Positions 27,817 through 37,250 are shown, counted from the first letter of the stretch. The stretch: DNA of 43,789 nucleotides from a virus (IMGVR_UViG_2623620497_000008:1-43789), one strand, 5' to 3'. Numbers and translations are program-made. Notes: a model not told the origin generated them from the letters alone.

Positions 27817-28506
27817 TCAGTTCGGTTTTGCAAGACTTACATCTAAATTTGACGCCTTTTGTTGTGAACGTGATCGCGTTACCGCCATGAGAGCGTCGCT
27901 ATCAAGCTTCACAAAACTGCTGCGCAGCGCCAGCCAATGAGGGAGGTAGGTTTCTGTCCATGTGGACTTTGCTACACCAACCAGCTCCGCCAGCGACTGG
28001 TATTCATACGTCTCCCGTCCTGCCAGCTCGGCTTTGACGTCCTGTGCGGCCAGCCAGATAAGTTGACAGAGGCGATCGACTGTTTTCTTTGCAATGCGCA
28101 CACCGGCCAGCTTGTCGCTGAATTGCTCCCATGCCCAGCGGGTTATCGTCTCCTGGTGCTCCCAGCGGATATTGTCGCTGTAGTTCCACAGCAACCAGGA
28201 TTTCTGGTGGTCTTCCAGCGACAGGAGGGCGCGACGCCAGCTGGCTGTCGAGTATTCAACGGGCAGAACGAGAGCGATTGAGGAACCCTTAGCGCGGGAC
28301 TGGCTGCCGCTCATCGGCGGTCCATCCGGGTTAACCATTTTTTGCTTCACCTCGCTATATACCTTCTTCCGGCCACGGCTGCGCGCCGTAGCGGTAAATT
28401 GCGCGTTCTCTGCAAGAGCTACCAGTTGCCCTTTCGTCGCACCACTCAGATCGGCGGTGGCCACTATCAGCTGCTGGCGAACAAATTCCAAGTATTGAGC
28501 TGTCAT
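27817..28506 (-). CDS. Q: late gene antiterminator Q-like protein
   Basis: 229 aa; position between the nin-like region and the lysis cassette. Confidence 0.6.
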   Translation of the reverse strand: MTAQYLEFVRQQLIVATADLSGATKGQLVALAENAQFTATARSRGRKKVYSEVKQKMVNPDGPPMSGSQSRAKGSSIALVLPVEYSTASWRRALLSLEDHQKSWLLWNYSDNIRWEHQETITRWAWEQFSDKLAGVRIAKKTVDRLCQLIWLAAQDVKAELAGRETYEYQSLAELVGVAKSTWTETYLPHWLALRSSFVKLDSDALMAVTRSRSQQKASNLDVSLAKPN

Positions 28507-28643
28507 GCTGCTTCTCCCAGGCGCTTATAGATACGGACGAAATTGCGTAATATTTTGTAGTCGACCAGCACGGTGCCGCGGCTACGCAGGAGGCGAAGCT
28601 TTTGCCAGCGGTCGCGGATGCGTTCGATAACGTCACGGCTCAT
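28503..28643 (-). CDS. small basic ORF (46 aa) translationally coupled between rusA and Q
   Basis: ATGA overlaps at both ends; not in the ORF track (short). Confidence 0.3.
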   Translation of the reverse strand: MSRDVIERIRDRWQKLRLLRSRGTVLVDYKILRNFVRIYKRLGEAA

Positions 28644-29002
28644 GCGGACTCCATTTCGGTAATGGTTAGCTCAAGCCGCCCACCTTTGACGACAGGCATT
28701 CTCTTTACGCTGTAGTAGTCAACCTGCTGGTCATCGAGCCAGAAACCCGATTTCGTCAGGGCGTCGAATGCTGCCTTTTGCAGATTGTCCAGGTCACGGC
28801 GCCGGCGATCCGGCATGTGACACTCAATACGGATTTTCAATGGCGTGGCCAGGCCGATATCAAGCATCGAGTCTTTGATGATTCTGGCGACGCTGTCGCG
28901 GTATGCCTGCCCTTCCGCGCTGATGTGTGTGCGTCCCCGGTTGTGCCGGTAGTAGCGGTTGTTGCTTGGCGGCCAGGGTAATGAAATGCGATATTGGTTC
29001 AT
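28640..29002 (-). CDS. rusA: RusA Holliday-junction resolvase
   Basis: [31 protein letters not shown]...[27 protein letters not shown] matches RusA; start at internal ATG 29000-29002 overlapping upstream stop. Confidence 0.8.
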   Translation of the reverse strand: MNQYRISLPWPPSNNRYYRHNRGRTHISAEGQAYRDSVARIIKDSMLDIGLATPLKIRIECHMPDRRRRDLDNLQKAAFDALTKSGFWLDDQQVDYYSVKRMPVVKGGRLELTITEMESA

Positions 29003-29289
29003 GCTTTTATCAACCCCTCTTTCATCCAGATAACCTGCGTTCTGGCCATTCCCTCCAGCGCGCACTCCTTCGCATACTCCGCATCTACCAGGCGCGTGCG
29101 GCGGTCTATTTCATCGTGACAGGATGAACAGGCGATAGCGGCGAGCAGATCAGGCGGCTTAATCCCCGTCCCGCACAATCCAGCAATGCGGATATGGGCC
29201 AATACCGTGGTTTCAGGGTTGCCGTTGCAGACGCCCGGGATGCGAACCTGGCATTCACGACCGCGAGCTGCTTTACGAAGATTGGCCAT
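28999..29289 (-). CDS. Cys-rich nin-region protein (putative zinc-binding)
   Basis: 96 aa from internal ATG 29287-29289; CxxxC...CxxC pattern. Confidence 0.45.
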   Translation of the reverse strand: MANLRKAARGRECQVRIPGVCNGNPETTVLAHIRIAGLCGTGIKPPDLLAAIACSSCHDEIDRRTRLVDAEYAKECALEGMARTQVIWMKEGLIKA

Positions 29290-29291
29290 GC

Positions 29292-29492
29292 TCACCCCCA
29301 TATACGTTGACGAAGTGATCGCGGAGTATGCTCCGGGCGAACACAAACCGGCAGCCGGGCGCTGACCGTCCAACTCAGATAATCCGCGTTAAGGCTTTTC
29401 TCTGTGACAATGCCTCGCGCCTGATATCTGGACACTAACTGTTCGGCCTGCTCGGTTGTGCAGTCGGGATGCTGGAACCATGAGTATTTCAT
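29292..29492 (-). CDS. small hypothetical protein
   Basis: ATG 29490-29492 just after the upstream stop. Confidence 0.35.
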   Translation of the reverse strand: MKYSWFQHPDCTTEQAEQLVSRYQARGIVTEKSLNADYLSWTVSARLPVCVRPEHTPRSLRQRIWG

Positions 29493-29497
29493 CGCCA

Positions 29498-30094
29498 TCA
29501 CCCCGCAAAGCTCAGCAGCTGACTGGCGGCGTTTTCAGCCTCAGACGGCGAGTGGAACTTGCGACGCAGAATGTAGTTCCAAAGCACATTCAGCACTGAT
29601 TTGTAGACGCCGTTAAACTGGCTGTCGTCCATGCTGGCGAAGGAGATCGACTTTGCGACACGACGACGGCTGCCGTCAGGCATCTGGTATTCGTCATAAA
29701 AGCCAGCCTGAATGGTTGCCCACTCGCGGAAGGATTCGAAGTGTTTCAGCAGCGCCATATCGCGGGAACGGGATATACCGACCGAGGAGAGATACATCTC
29801 CGCGGCGTTCTGGAGTGCAGCGCGCTGATCGAGGTCGGATGAGAGAAAGTCGATAAAACCGGATATGAGGGTACGCTCCGCGGGCTCAATGAGACCACCG
29901 GAAGGCGTCCAGTAGTGATACCCGAGAGTCAGAAGTTTGAAGAACTTCTTGTGGAATGCGTAATTCCTGGGCTTGCGGAACTCACCGCAAAGCAGTTGCC
30001 CTACGGGGATAAGTTGCAGGTATTCGCTGGTTCCCGGCTCTGCGGGAATCAGTACGTTTTGATAACTTTTCTCAAATTGCAGTGTTTGCGCCAT
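29498..30094 (-). CDS. nin-region hypothetical protein (198 aa)
   Basis: ATG start; conserved-looking phage protein of unknown function. Confidence 0.5.
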   Translation of the reverse strand: MAQTLQFEKSYQNVLIPAEPGTSEYLQLIPVGQLLCGEFRKPRNYAFHKKFFKLLTLGYHYWTPSGGLIEPAERTLISGFIDFLSSDLDQRAALQNAAEMYLSSVGISRSRDMALLKHFESFREWATIQAGFYDEYQMPDGSRRRVAKSISFASMDDSQFNGVYKSVLNVLWNYILRRKFHSPSEAENAASQLLSFAG

Positions 30095-30200
30095 GTGTCC
30101 CCACTTGGCGCCGGGGTAAAGTTGTCAGTTGTCCAGACTGACTAAGTAATTATCGCCCCTCCCGGGGATAAAAGCAAAATGAGCATAGGCGAGGAAATCG

Positions 30201-30464
30201 CTATTTCTTGGCGTTCTGCTCAGCCATTTCCAGATAGCGCGGATCGGATGCGCGGGGAAGCTGGATGCTCTGCTCGCGGTAGTAGCGGACGCGCTCCATG
30301 AAGTAGTCCCGCAGGTGTTCAGGCTGTTGTCTGGCCACCACTTCGGCGACAACCGGCATGTTCAGGCGTTCTTTGTAAGCGACGCCGGACGCGGCGAGGT
30401 CAACGTTGACTTTGTCCTGCTCGTCTTTCGATTTGGCTGCTATGTTCCAGGATGATGTTGTCAA
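30201..30464 (-). CDS. hypothetical protein, TTG start
   Basis: TTG 30462-30464 with GGGAGG 10 nt upstream. Confidence 0.4.
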   Translation of the reverse strand: MTTSSWNIAAKSKDEQDKVNVDLAASGVAYKERLNMPVVAEVVARQQPEHLRDYFMERVRYYREQSIQLPRASDPRYLEMAEQNAKK

Positions 30465-30643
30465 TCTGCTGTCCTCCCTCTTTTCTTGCGCGTTTCATAG
30501 GGCGATCTGTAGGTGTCAACGGAAAGCACTTCTTTCTCGCCAAATCGCTTGGCGTTAGCGATATCCAGTTGAAGCCAGATTTTTTTATACCGCTTCCGCG
30601 AAGCTTTGAGCTTTTCGGCAGGTGTCATTTTTTTGTTTGTCAT
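30461..30643 (-). CDS. small basic hypothetical protein
   Basis: ORF track. Confidence 0.3.
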   Translation of the reverse strand: MTNKKMTPAEKLKASRKRYKKIWLQLDIANAKRFGEKEVLSVDTYRSPYETRKKRGRTAD

Positions 30644-30679
30644 AAAAATCCCCTCTGCTGTGGAGGGGATTATACATTA

Positions 30680-30883
30680 TTATTTCTGAGCTTTTTTTAC
30701 CCGGATTATTGATGGGACACAGGTATTGCCAATGATAGGACCGCCTACTGTCATCACCGTGTAGTCATCTTTCACGCCATCGAGCGTTAATGACAGCAAA
30801 TCACCCGCCCTGACATCCGCGCTAAGTTCAATATCTTCCTTCCGCTCTGTCTCATTGAACGTCACTGTATACAGCATTTTCAC
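30680..30883 (-). CDS. hypothetical protein (67 aa)
   Basis: ORF track. Confidence 0.35.
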   Translation of the reverse strand: MKMLYTVTFNETERKEDIELSADVRAGDLLSLTLDGVKDDYTVMTVGGPIIGNTCVPSIIRVKKAQK

Positions 30884-31075
30884 GCCACCTAAGCAAATGA
30901 AGAATAGGTAAACACATTACCACGCCCTCACTTCCAGCCAAACAGATCTTTGCCTCCTGCGCGGCTTTGCGTTCGGCGGGGGATTTAGCCACGAATCGCA
31001 CTCCACGCCAGATTGATTAATGACTCCCAGGCAATATAAACCCGGATATTCGCTCTCTGGTTATGGTTGATTTGG

Positions 31076-31273
31076 TCATTGGTTGGCTCCGTTCGCTCGC
31101 TTGGGGTCGAAAACTTTTGAGTACCCATAAGAGTGGGGTTCAATTTTGTAGCACTCATCACCTTCTGGATGGCGCTCGCATTCACGCATGAACAGGAATA
31201 CAGAATTTTCCGGCATAATCACTACCTCACCGGCACGCAGCTTTGCTCGAATTTCTGTTACGGTAGCCATCAC
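31076..31273 (-). CDS. hypothetical protein (65 aa)
   Basis: ORF track; overlaps start/stop with neighbour. Confidence 0.35.
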   Translation of the reverse strand: MMATVTEIRAKLRAGEVVIMPENSVFLFMRECERHPEGDECYKIEPHSYGYSKVFDPKRANGANQ

Positions 31274-31653
31274 TCATCCTCCACCTTGATGCCAGCGTCG
31301 GGGCTATAAGCGGCCATGCTCTGCTCATAACCTTTTTGGTCATCTGTCTGTCCGAGACTAAACCCGTGTTGCAATCCGCTACGGAATGCACTGTCCTGCA
31401 GTTTGTCAGCAGACTCTAGGTGGGACTCCAGCTCGGCGATATGGTCTGCATTTTCAGCGCGCTCAACAGCCCATCGCTGAGTAAGCGAATCAAGCTCGCA
31501 GTTTTTTCTATCCAGTTCGGCGATGCGCTTCTGCGCCTTCTCCAGCGCCTCTACCAGCGCGAGGGCTTCCCACTCTTTCAGCACTACAGTGTCAAAGTTT
31601 TCGGTCTGTTTTTTGATTTTGGCAATCAGCGCCAGTTCGGTGATATCAGTCAT
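31270..31653 (-). CDS. hypothetical coiled-coil protein (127 aa)
   Basis: ORF track. Confidence 0.45.
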   Translation of the reverse strand: MTDITELALIAKIKKQTENFDTVVLKEWEALALVEALEKAQKRIAELDRKNCELDSLTQRWAVERAENADHIAELESHLESADKLQDSAFRSGLQHGFSLGQTDDQKGYEQSMAAYSPDAGIKVEDE

Positions 31654-31759
31654 GCTGCATCCTCACATTCGTGACTTTCCGGATCGTCGGCTTTGTAATA
31701 ACCGCCGCACAAATTGCAGCGGACTTCTGCCACATCGTCATAGTTAGCAGTCCCGGTAA

Positions 31760-32056
31760 TCATTTGTCGGCCTCCTCGCTGCGGAACATCATGATTGTCA
31801 GGTCGCCTTTAGTAGCCAGGCGAACGGTAGAGCCAGGTTCCAGGCTGTTAAGCTCAAAGGCGTCATAAAACTCATTCACAGCTTTCTGGCGGCGAGATTC
31901 CTTACGACGCTTGTCCCACTGCCTCAGAGCATTTTTGGTAATCCACTGGCCTGTTTTAACCATGATGTATGCCCATCCCAGAATGGCTAAACCGGTATTG
32001 AGATAAGTAGCGAGGCTCATTTGTCTGCCCCCTCGCGCAGCGAGTCTGCCAGCCAC
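31760..32056 (-). CDS. hypothetical protein with one predicted TM segment
   Basis: ORF track. Confidence 0.4.
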   Translation of the reverse strand: MAGRLAARGGRQMSLATYLNTGLAILGWAYIMVKTGQWITKNALRQWDKRRKESRRQKAVNEFYDAFELNSLEPGSTVRLATKGDLTIMMFRSEEADK

Positions 32057-32445
32057 TGCAAATTCATGATCTGCACGCCGATATTGCTGAACTTCTTCTC
32101 CAGGTGAGCGATGGCCTTCTCAACTCCGCGCGCCTCGGCTTCGGCTACGATGCGATCGGTGGCGGGGGTTTCCAGATTCATATTCAGCGGGTAATCAGCA
32201 TCAAGTTCTTCATGGATGAATTCAGCCAAATTATTTCGGCTTTCCTTCAGCGCCACATTCTCCGCAGCCAGCTGAGAATTTTGGTCTGCCAGCACATTCC
32301 CGGTTTTTATGGCGGCATCCAGTGAAGCGCTGCAAATGCGAAACTCTTTCGCCAGCTTCAGGAACTTCTGCTCTCTGATCGACAGCTCGCCAGCAGACTC
32401 CAGCGACTGAATGAGCTCGTTTACTGCCTGTAATGTGATAGTCAT
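32017..32445 (-). CDS. hypothetical coiled-coil protein (142 aa)
   Basis: ORF track. Confidence 0.45.
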   Translation of the reverse strand: MTITLQAVNELIQSLESAGELSIREQKFLKLAKEFRICSASLDAAIKTGNVLADQNSQLAAENVALKESRNNLAEFIHEELDADYPLNMNLETPATDRIVAEAEARGVEKAIAHLEKKFSNIGVQIMNLQWLADSLREGADK

Positions 32446-32687
32446 TTGGCGGCTCCTTCGGTAAGCATGGCGATGATTTCTTCCGGGGTCTCTTTTACGT
32501 CAATGCGCTCTCCGGAGGTCATTTTCAGGATTGTCAGACCAGCGAAATACATGCTGACGATATGCTCTGCGGCAACAAACACAGGCTCGTAGACTGTTTC
32601 TGGTTCCCAGCCATATTTGCCCTGGCGCTCTACCGTTCCCCTTTGGCTTAATTTGATAAATTTCATTTCCTCACTCCCGCCAGGCAC
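32442..32687 (-). CDS. hypothetical protein (81 aa)
   Basis: ORF track. Confidence 0.4.
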   Translation of the reverse strand: MPGGSEEMKFIKLSQRGTVERQGKYGWEPETVYEPVFVAAEHIVSMYFAGLTILKMTSGERIDVKETPEEIIAMLTEGAAK

Positions 32688-32965
32688 TGGTTAAACAGGT
32701 TGGTCATTGGGTTTACGCCGCCAGGACGCTGGCGATACTGAACAGACGGATCGCTTTCGGTTACGGCTGTCGTGTCGATCAGGGTGTAGCAGTAGCTCCT
32801 GCACTCACCCGCACGCTGTACCTGGCCGTCATGGTGCATCTGCCACAGGGAGGAATTGACCACTGAAGAGTCAAGGCCGGTACCGCGGCGGATATCCTGA
32901 AAACTGCAGCCAGGATGCTGGCCGATGAAGTTAATAACGGCTTGTTTGCCCGAGTTCTTTTTCAT
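32663..32965 (-). CDS. Ren-like small winged-helix protein
   Basis: 100 aa directly downstream of P, weak resemblance to lambda Ren. Confidence 0.4.
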   Translation of the reverse strand: MKKNSGKQAVINFIGQHPGCSFQDIRRGTGLDSSVVNSSLWQMHHDGQVQRAGECRSYCYTLIDTTAVTESDPSVQYRQRPGGVNPMTNLFNQCLAGVRK

Positions 32966-33699
32966 GACCGCCCTCTCCCCAGTCCAAATTTCGCCCGAAT
33001 TTCTGCGATTTTGTTTAACCCCTGCTCCTGACTTAATGGCCGTCCACCAAGTTTTGGAATCTGCTTAACCGGCTCTGGAATCGCTTCTCCTGCGTTTAAA
33101 CGACGCACCATACGCATCAGCTCATCCTGAGCCTTACGGCGCAGCTCAGCGTCGCTGAGGCCGTTTGCGCGCATGTCTGCGTACAGTCCAGTAACCATCC
33201 AGTAGCAGGCCTTGTGCTTCAGCGTTACCGGCGTGACGTTGTGCTCTGGCCACGGATAGGACTCAGCATCCGGGTATTGCCCGCGGGTCCGGCAGTACTG
33301 GTAAACCATATCGACCAGTTCCACTGCATCAGGTAGCCCGGCAGATACGGCTGATTCCGATTTGCACCAGGCGACAAATTGACCCGGCGATGGCATGAAT
33401 GGGCGCTCCTGTTTGCGGGCAACGCGCATTCCGGCGTTGATTTGCTCCATGGAGACAATCCCGTTTTCCTTGAACGCCAGAAGCCACTGCCGGCGCATCT
33501 CGTTCATCTCCTCGGGTGTTTTGCTGGCCAGCGCCGGGAACACAGCGAGCAACTGGCGGAACAGTTCGTTGAAGATCTCCGCAGTCTTTGCCGCATGGCG
33601 CTTTACTGCCTGCTCGTCCTGCATTTCAGGAAGCCCGGCAGCCACGCGCTGGAAGTTTTCCCGGTCGAAGTTGTGCATGCTTTCAGCGATTGATTTCAT
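32962..33699 (-). CDS. P: replication protein P (DnaB helicase loader)
   Basis: Near full-length similarity to lambda P (FDRE...MEQ(I/V)NAGMRVAR...PSPGQFVAWC...RLNAGEAIPEPVKQ(I/L)P...AEI(R/K)AKFGL). Confidence 0.85.
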   Translation of the reverse strand: MKSIAESMHNFDRENFQRVAAGLPEMQDEQAVKRHAAKTAEIFNELFRQLLAVFPALASKTPEEMNEMRRQWLLAFKENGIVSMEQINAGMRVARKQERPFMPSPGQFVAWCKSESAVSAGLPDAVELVDMVYQYCRTRGQYPDAESYPWPEHNVTPVTLKHKACYWMVTGLYADMRANGLSDAELRRKAQDELMRMVRRLNAGEAIPEPVKQIPKLGGRPLSQEQGLNKIAEIRAKFGLGRGRS

Positions 33700-34724
33700 T
33701 CGAGCACCCCATAAATCCAGTCAGTGTTGTTCAGGTCGACTTTTGGCTTCCCGGCAACCTGAACCCCTGGCGCGCTGCGCTGCATGGTTAGCTTGTCCCA
33801 CTGCTTGCGCAGCGCATCAGGGCTCAGGATGTTGCGATGCCAGAACGAGTCTTTGCTGGCCCAGTCGTACATGGCGCAGATATCCTGGTGGCTGCGGTTG
33901 TCGATCTGGCGCATCAGTCGAACCGTGTTTGACCAGGCGGTCATGTCAGGGGATTTGCAGGTTGGGTTGATCATCCTGACCCTGGAGAAAATCCACTCGG
34001 CAACGCGGACGTCTTCGGCGTTTCCCCACTTGCTTCCGCTGGGTGTGTAAACCGCAGCATCAGGATGAGCAGACAAAAATTTCTTCAGGCGGGCGTCAGA
34101 GGATTCGCCAGAATTCTCGGACGAAGATCTTTTAATGTTTTTATTCTTGTTATTACCTTCTTGTTCATGTTGTGCGGTTGTTTGTGCGGCTTCATGTGCG
34201 CCATCATGTGCGGGCACCACCTTCAAACCCGCGCCATTGCTGGGCTCGCCATGTGCGGAAGTATGTGCGGCTTCATGTGCGGCTTCATGTGCGGGTAAAT
34301 TGTCTGTTTTTTGAGCATATTCTGCAAAATTTGTGATGGTGATCACTCTACCTTTTTGCTTCTCACCTTCGATAGAAATCATCCCTTCGCGCACAAAAAC
34401 AGCCAGCATTCTCTCCACTGAATCGCGACTAGTAGGATTCCCTTTCCGGTCGCAAAGCTGCAGCCCTAAATCGGCCGCTGTGACCACCAGTTGTCCGGGC
34501 AGCAGTGACCACTCATGACCTTTGAAAGTCGCTTTGAATGGCTGACGAGCAGCATTAAGCAGCAGGTTTTCCCACAGGGTTCTGAGGTACACATCTTTTG
34601 CCCAGGACTGCTTGAGAACGCTCCGGTACAACGGGATGTAGCCAGATTTCTGGTTTTCCATCCGGTTGCTCCTGAATTGCCCCGGCGCGGCGCCGGGAAA
34701 CTTGAGTATTTCTGCGGTGTTCAT
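33696..34724 (-). CDS. O: replication initiator O-like protein containing origin iterons
   Basis: 342 aa; N-terminal DNA-binding-like domain, internal HEAAHEAAH repeat encoded by the iterons; immediately upstream of P. Confidence 0.65.
   Translation of the reverse strand: MNTAEILKFPGAAPGQFRSNRMENQKSGYIPLYRSVLKQSWAKDVYLRTLWENLLLNAARQPFKATFKGHEWSLLPGQLVVTAADLGLQLCDRKGNPTSRDSVERMLAVFVREGMISIEGEKQKGRVITITNFAEYAQKTDNLPAHEAAHEAAHTSAHGEPSNGAGLKVVPAHDGAHEAAQTTAQHEQEGNNKNKNIKRSSSENSGESSDARLKKFLSAHPDAAVYTPSGSKWGNAEDVRVAEWIFSRVRMINPTCKSPDMTAWSNTVRLMRQIDNRSHQDICAMYDWASKDSFWHRNILSPDALRKQWDKLTMQRSAPGVQVAGKPKVDLNNTDWIYGVLE
34171..34294. repeat. candidate replication origin: two arrays of four 12-bp iterons (ATGTGCGG core) 45 bp apart, flanked by an AT-rich tract (34127-34170)
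   Basis: TGTGCG(G/C) at 34171, 34183, 34195, 34207 and 34252, 34264, 34276, 34288 with exact 12-bp periodicity. Confidence 0.6.
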
Positions 34725-35518
34725 GCTTCACTCTCCCAGCCGGCCTCTTTCAGGAATTCGCGATAGTTATCCAGGATGGCGCGCGCATCAGCTGGCAGTT
34801 CAATGTCAGCCTGATCAGCGACTATCTGGAGAAACTGGCGCGCCTTTGCTGCGCTAAACTGCGGCAGCGCCGCGCTGCGGGTTAATTTCGATTTACCTGA
34901 CGCTCTGGCCTTATCCATCTGGCGAACAGCTACAGAGGCCGCCTGTGGGCCGTGCTCGCGGGATAAAGCAACCGCGGTTGTCGGGGATACTTCGCCAGCA
35001 CGAACCATGCTGATCAGCTCTTCTCCGCAGGTCAGCAAATGCAGGTGATAGTCGACGTCGGACAGAGAACGCTTAACCTTCTTCGCGATCTCGTCCGGCT
35101 CCCACCCCTGATTTCTCAAACGCTGATATGCAGCTGCGCGTTCCAGAGCAGTGAGAGGCTTTCCCTGGTTCCGGGTAACCATAAAGGCGATCCGGTCAGC
35201 TTCGTTCCCGACGAAGTCTTTGCACTCAAGACGGATGATGTCAGCACCTGCTTTCGTCGCTTCAATGGCGCCGTAATAGCGGTGGTGGCCGTCGATAACC
35301 TTCACGCCCTTCTCGGTAACCTGGACGTCCAGCGGCGGCACCGATTCGCCAGCGATAAACGCATCGCGGAATTCTGCGACGTGATCCTGGTCGATTTCGC
35401 GGATATTCAGGCCGGGCTCGACGTACAGCTCTGACAAAGGAACCGTGTAAGTTTTGTTAACCACCGTTCCGGTTCCGTTTTTGTCTTTGTGCTTGTAAAG
35501 CTGGTAAAGTGAACTCAT
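34721..35518 (-). CDS. ParB-like nuclease domain protein
   Basis: 265 aa; VIDGHHRYYGA motif typical of the ParB/Srx fold; AGGAG SD. Confidence 0.55.
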   Translation of the reverse strand: MSSLYQLYKHKDKNGTGTVVNKTYTVPLSELYVEPGLNIREIDQDHVAEFRDAFIAGESVPPLDVQVTEKGVKVIDGHHRYYGAIEATKAGADIIRLECKDFVGNEADRIAFMVTRNQGKPLTALERAAAYQRLRNQGWEPDEIAKKVKRSLSDVDYHLHLLTCGEELISMVRAGEVSPTTAVALSREHGPQAASVAVRQMDKARASGKSKLTRSAALPQFSAAKARQFLQIVADQADIELPADARAILDNYREFLKEAGWESEA

Positions 35519-35603
35519 AATTACTCCTGTGAATTGATCCAGTTAATTCGCGTAGAAAGCCGTTAGTGTTCCAGCACTGCGGCTTTCGCCTTTCTGTTCC
35601 CAC

Positions 35604-35825
35604 TCATGCTTCAAAGTCACCTTTCTCTCCCGTCCTGTTAGAAATCAGGATGGCCAGCAGTAGCGACATGTTCGGCAGCAGACTTTCCCGCCAGCGACTT
35701 ACCGTCGACTTATTCACTCCGGCCACTTTGGCTATAGTTGTGGTCCCCAGTTCAGCTATCTGGCTGTGTAACCAGCTTTCTATCCTGCGAGCCTCCACTT
35801 TGTTGCGTGTCGTTGAACTCTCCAT
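35604..35825 (-). CDS. cII: CII-like transcriptional activator
   Basis: RIESWLHSQIAELGTTTIAKVAGVNKSTVSRWRESLLP resembles lambda CII. Confidence 0.7.
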   Translation of the reverse strand: MESSTTRNKVEARRIESWLHSQIAELGTTTIAKVAGVNKSTVSRWRESLLPNMSLLLAILISNRTGEKGDFEA

Positions 35826-35864
35826 CTGTGATACTTCCTCTGGTGTTGATTGAAAGGCCGCCGG

Positions 35865-36095
<231 letters not shown>

Positions 36096-36107
36096 CTAAA
36101 CAGTTTT

Positions 36108-36136
36108 AATATACATATTGTATTCTTTTCTTGCAA
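36108..36136 (-). promoter_or_regulatory. pR-like promoter: -35 TTGCAA (36131-36136), 17-bp spacer, -10 TATATT (36108-36113)
   Basis: Hexamers identical to the pL candidate; overlapped by operator site 1. Confidence 0.5.
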
Positions 36137-36182
36137 GGTAAATATACAAATTGTGACTCGAAGAAAGATATACAACTTGTAT
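36109..36182. promoter_or_regulatory. OR operator region: three repressor-binding sites with ATACA-N3-TGTAT symmetry (centres about 36117, 36150, 36176)
   Basis: ATATACATATTGTAT, ATACAAATTGTGA, ATACAACTTGTAT between cro and cI. Confidence 0.55.
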
Positions 36183-36191
36183 CATTTGGGT

Positions 36192-36851
36192 ATGAGCATG
36201 AAATGGTATGACCTAGCAAAGTCCCTCATGAAAACGAAGGGCATAAACCAGGAAGAGCTGGCAGAGCATCTCGGGATCACCAAAGGTGCCGTTAGTCATT
36301 GGCTAAACGCAAGGAGAGAGCCCAGCCTGGAGGACATAGCTAAAATTCTTCGCTTCCTCGGCAAGAATAATTTTTCTGTGGGTGCTGGCGGCATGATAAT
36401 TGATGAAAACATCAAGGGTGATGTTGAGTACGTTGGGCCCTATAAGCGCGGCAACGAATATCCAGTGCTTAGTAGTGTTCAGGCTGGATCGTGGCGAGAG
36501 GCTATAGAACCTTATTCCATCAAAGATGTTGATCTGTGGCTTGAGTCGAATGCACATATCCAAGGGGAAGCGTTCTGGCTGCTTGTTGAAGGCGATTCCA
36601 TGACGTCACCAGTCGGGCTAAGCATTCCAGAGGGTACCTACGTTTTGTTTGATACCGGCCGAGAGCCAGTAAATGGCAGCCTTGTGATCGCAAAGCTATC
36701 CGAATCAAACGAAGCGACATTCAAAAAGCTGATTATTGATGGGGGCCAAAAGTACCTGAAGGGCTTAAACCCTCAATGGCCATTGGTTCCCATCAACGGA
36801 AACTGTCGAATCATTGGTGTGGCCGTAGAAACTAAGTTAAGGCTTGTGTGA
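36192..36851 (+). CDS. cI: CI-like repressor (N-terminal HTH, C-terminal S24 LexA-like autopeptidase domain)
   Basis: HTH (QEELAEHLGITKGAVSHWLN), Ala-Gly cleavage site, GDSM serine and downstream Lys; ATG 36192 likely leaderless (track ORF begins at GTG 36153). Confidence 0.8.
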   Translation: MSMKWYDLAKSLMKTKGINQEELAEHLGITKGAVSHWLNARREPSLEDIAKILRFLGKNNFSVGAGGMIIDENIKGDVEYVGPYKRGNEYPVLSSVQAGSWREAIEPYSIKDVDLWLESNAHIQGEAFWLLVEGDSMTSPVGLSIPEGTYVLFDTGREPVNGSLVIAKLSESNEATFKKLIIDGGQKYLKGLNPQWPLVPINGNCRIIGVAVETKLRLV

Positions 36852-36861
36852 TCGGCAGCAT

Positions 36862-36888
36862 GCCGCAGACGTACAGGAAGCATGGGTA
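36862..36888 (+). repeat. 27-bp direct repeat copy 1 (GCCGCAGACGTACAGGAAGCATGGGTA), contains SD-like AGGAAG plus ATG
   Basis: 26/27 identity with copy at 37065-37091. Confidence 0.5.
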
Positions 36889-36911
36889 AAGCTTTAGCAC
36901 GCAGAGGAAGC

Positions 36912-37031
36912 ATGTCTGATCTGATTATCCCAATACTCATTACTTTACTGATTATCGGACTGGTTGGGATAGTGCTCAGGCTGGATAAGATTTTCTTCAA
37001 GCGAAGGGATGAGCGGGATGACTTTGAGTGA
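36912..37031 (+). CDS. small hydrophobic peptide (39 aa; 49 aa if started at ATG 36882)
   Basis: MSDLIIPILITLLIIGLVGIVLRLDKIFFKRRDERDDFE; AGGAAGC SD; flanked by the 27-bp repeats. Confidence 0.35.
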   Translation: MSDLIIPILITLLIIGLVGIVLRLDKIFFKRRDERDDFE

Positions 37032-37064
37032 GCCAGACCGGTAGTTCGATGTGTTTTTGGTAAT

Positions 37065-37091
37065 GCCGAAGACGTACAGGAAGCATGGGTA
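37065..37091 (+). repeat. 27-bp direct repeat copy 2 (GCCGAAGACGTACAGGAAGCATGGGTA)
   Basis: See copy 1. Confidence 0.5.
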
Positions 37092-37250
37092 GCCATCAGC
37101 CTATCGAAGCGATTAAGTAATTTTTATGACCACTATCTTTCAAAGGTTGATGCTTAGTGTATGATGAGTTTAAAGCCGTATATGCTTAATTACGTGTCAA
37201 CATATTTTTGTAAGATCCGGTCAGATTGTTCCTTTTTTGAGCAACTCTAG

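Noticed and set aside
28355-28636. 93-aa minus-strand ORF between Q and rusA
   Set aside because: Wrong frame relative to the ATGA-coupled junctions; overlaps the Q 5' end; the 46-codon coupled ORF 28503..28643 explains the interval better.
36773-37096. 107-aa minus-strand ORF antisense to the small peptide and cI 3' end
   Set aside because: No SD, Ser/Arg-rich low-complexity translation; more likely a non-coding antisense region, though an antisense RNA here is not excluded.
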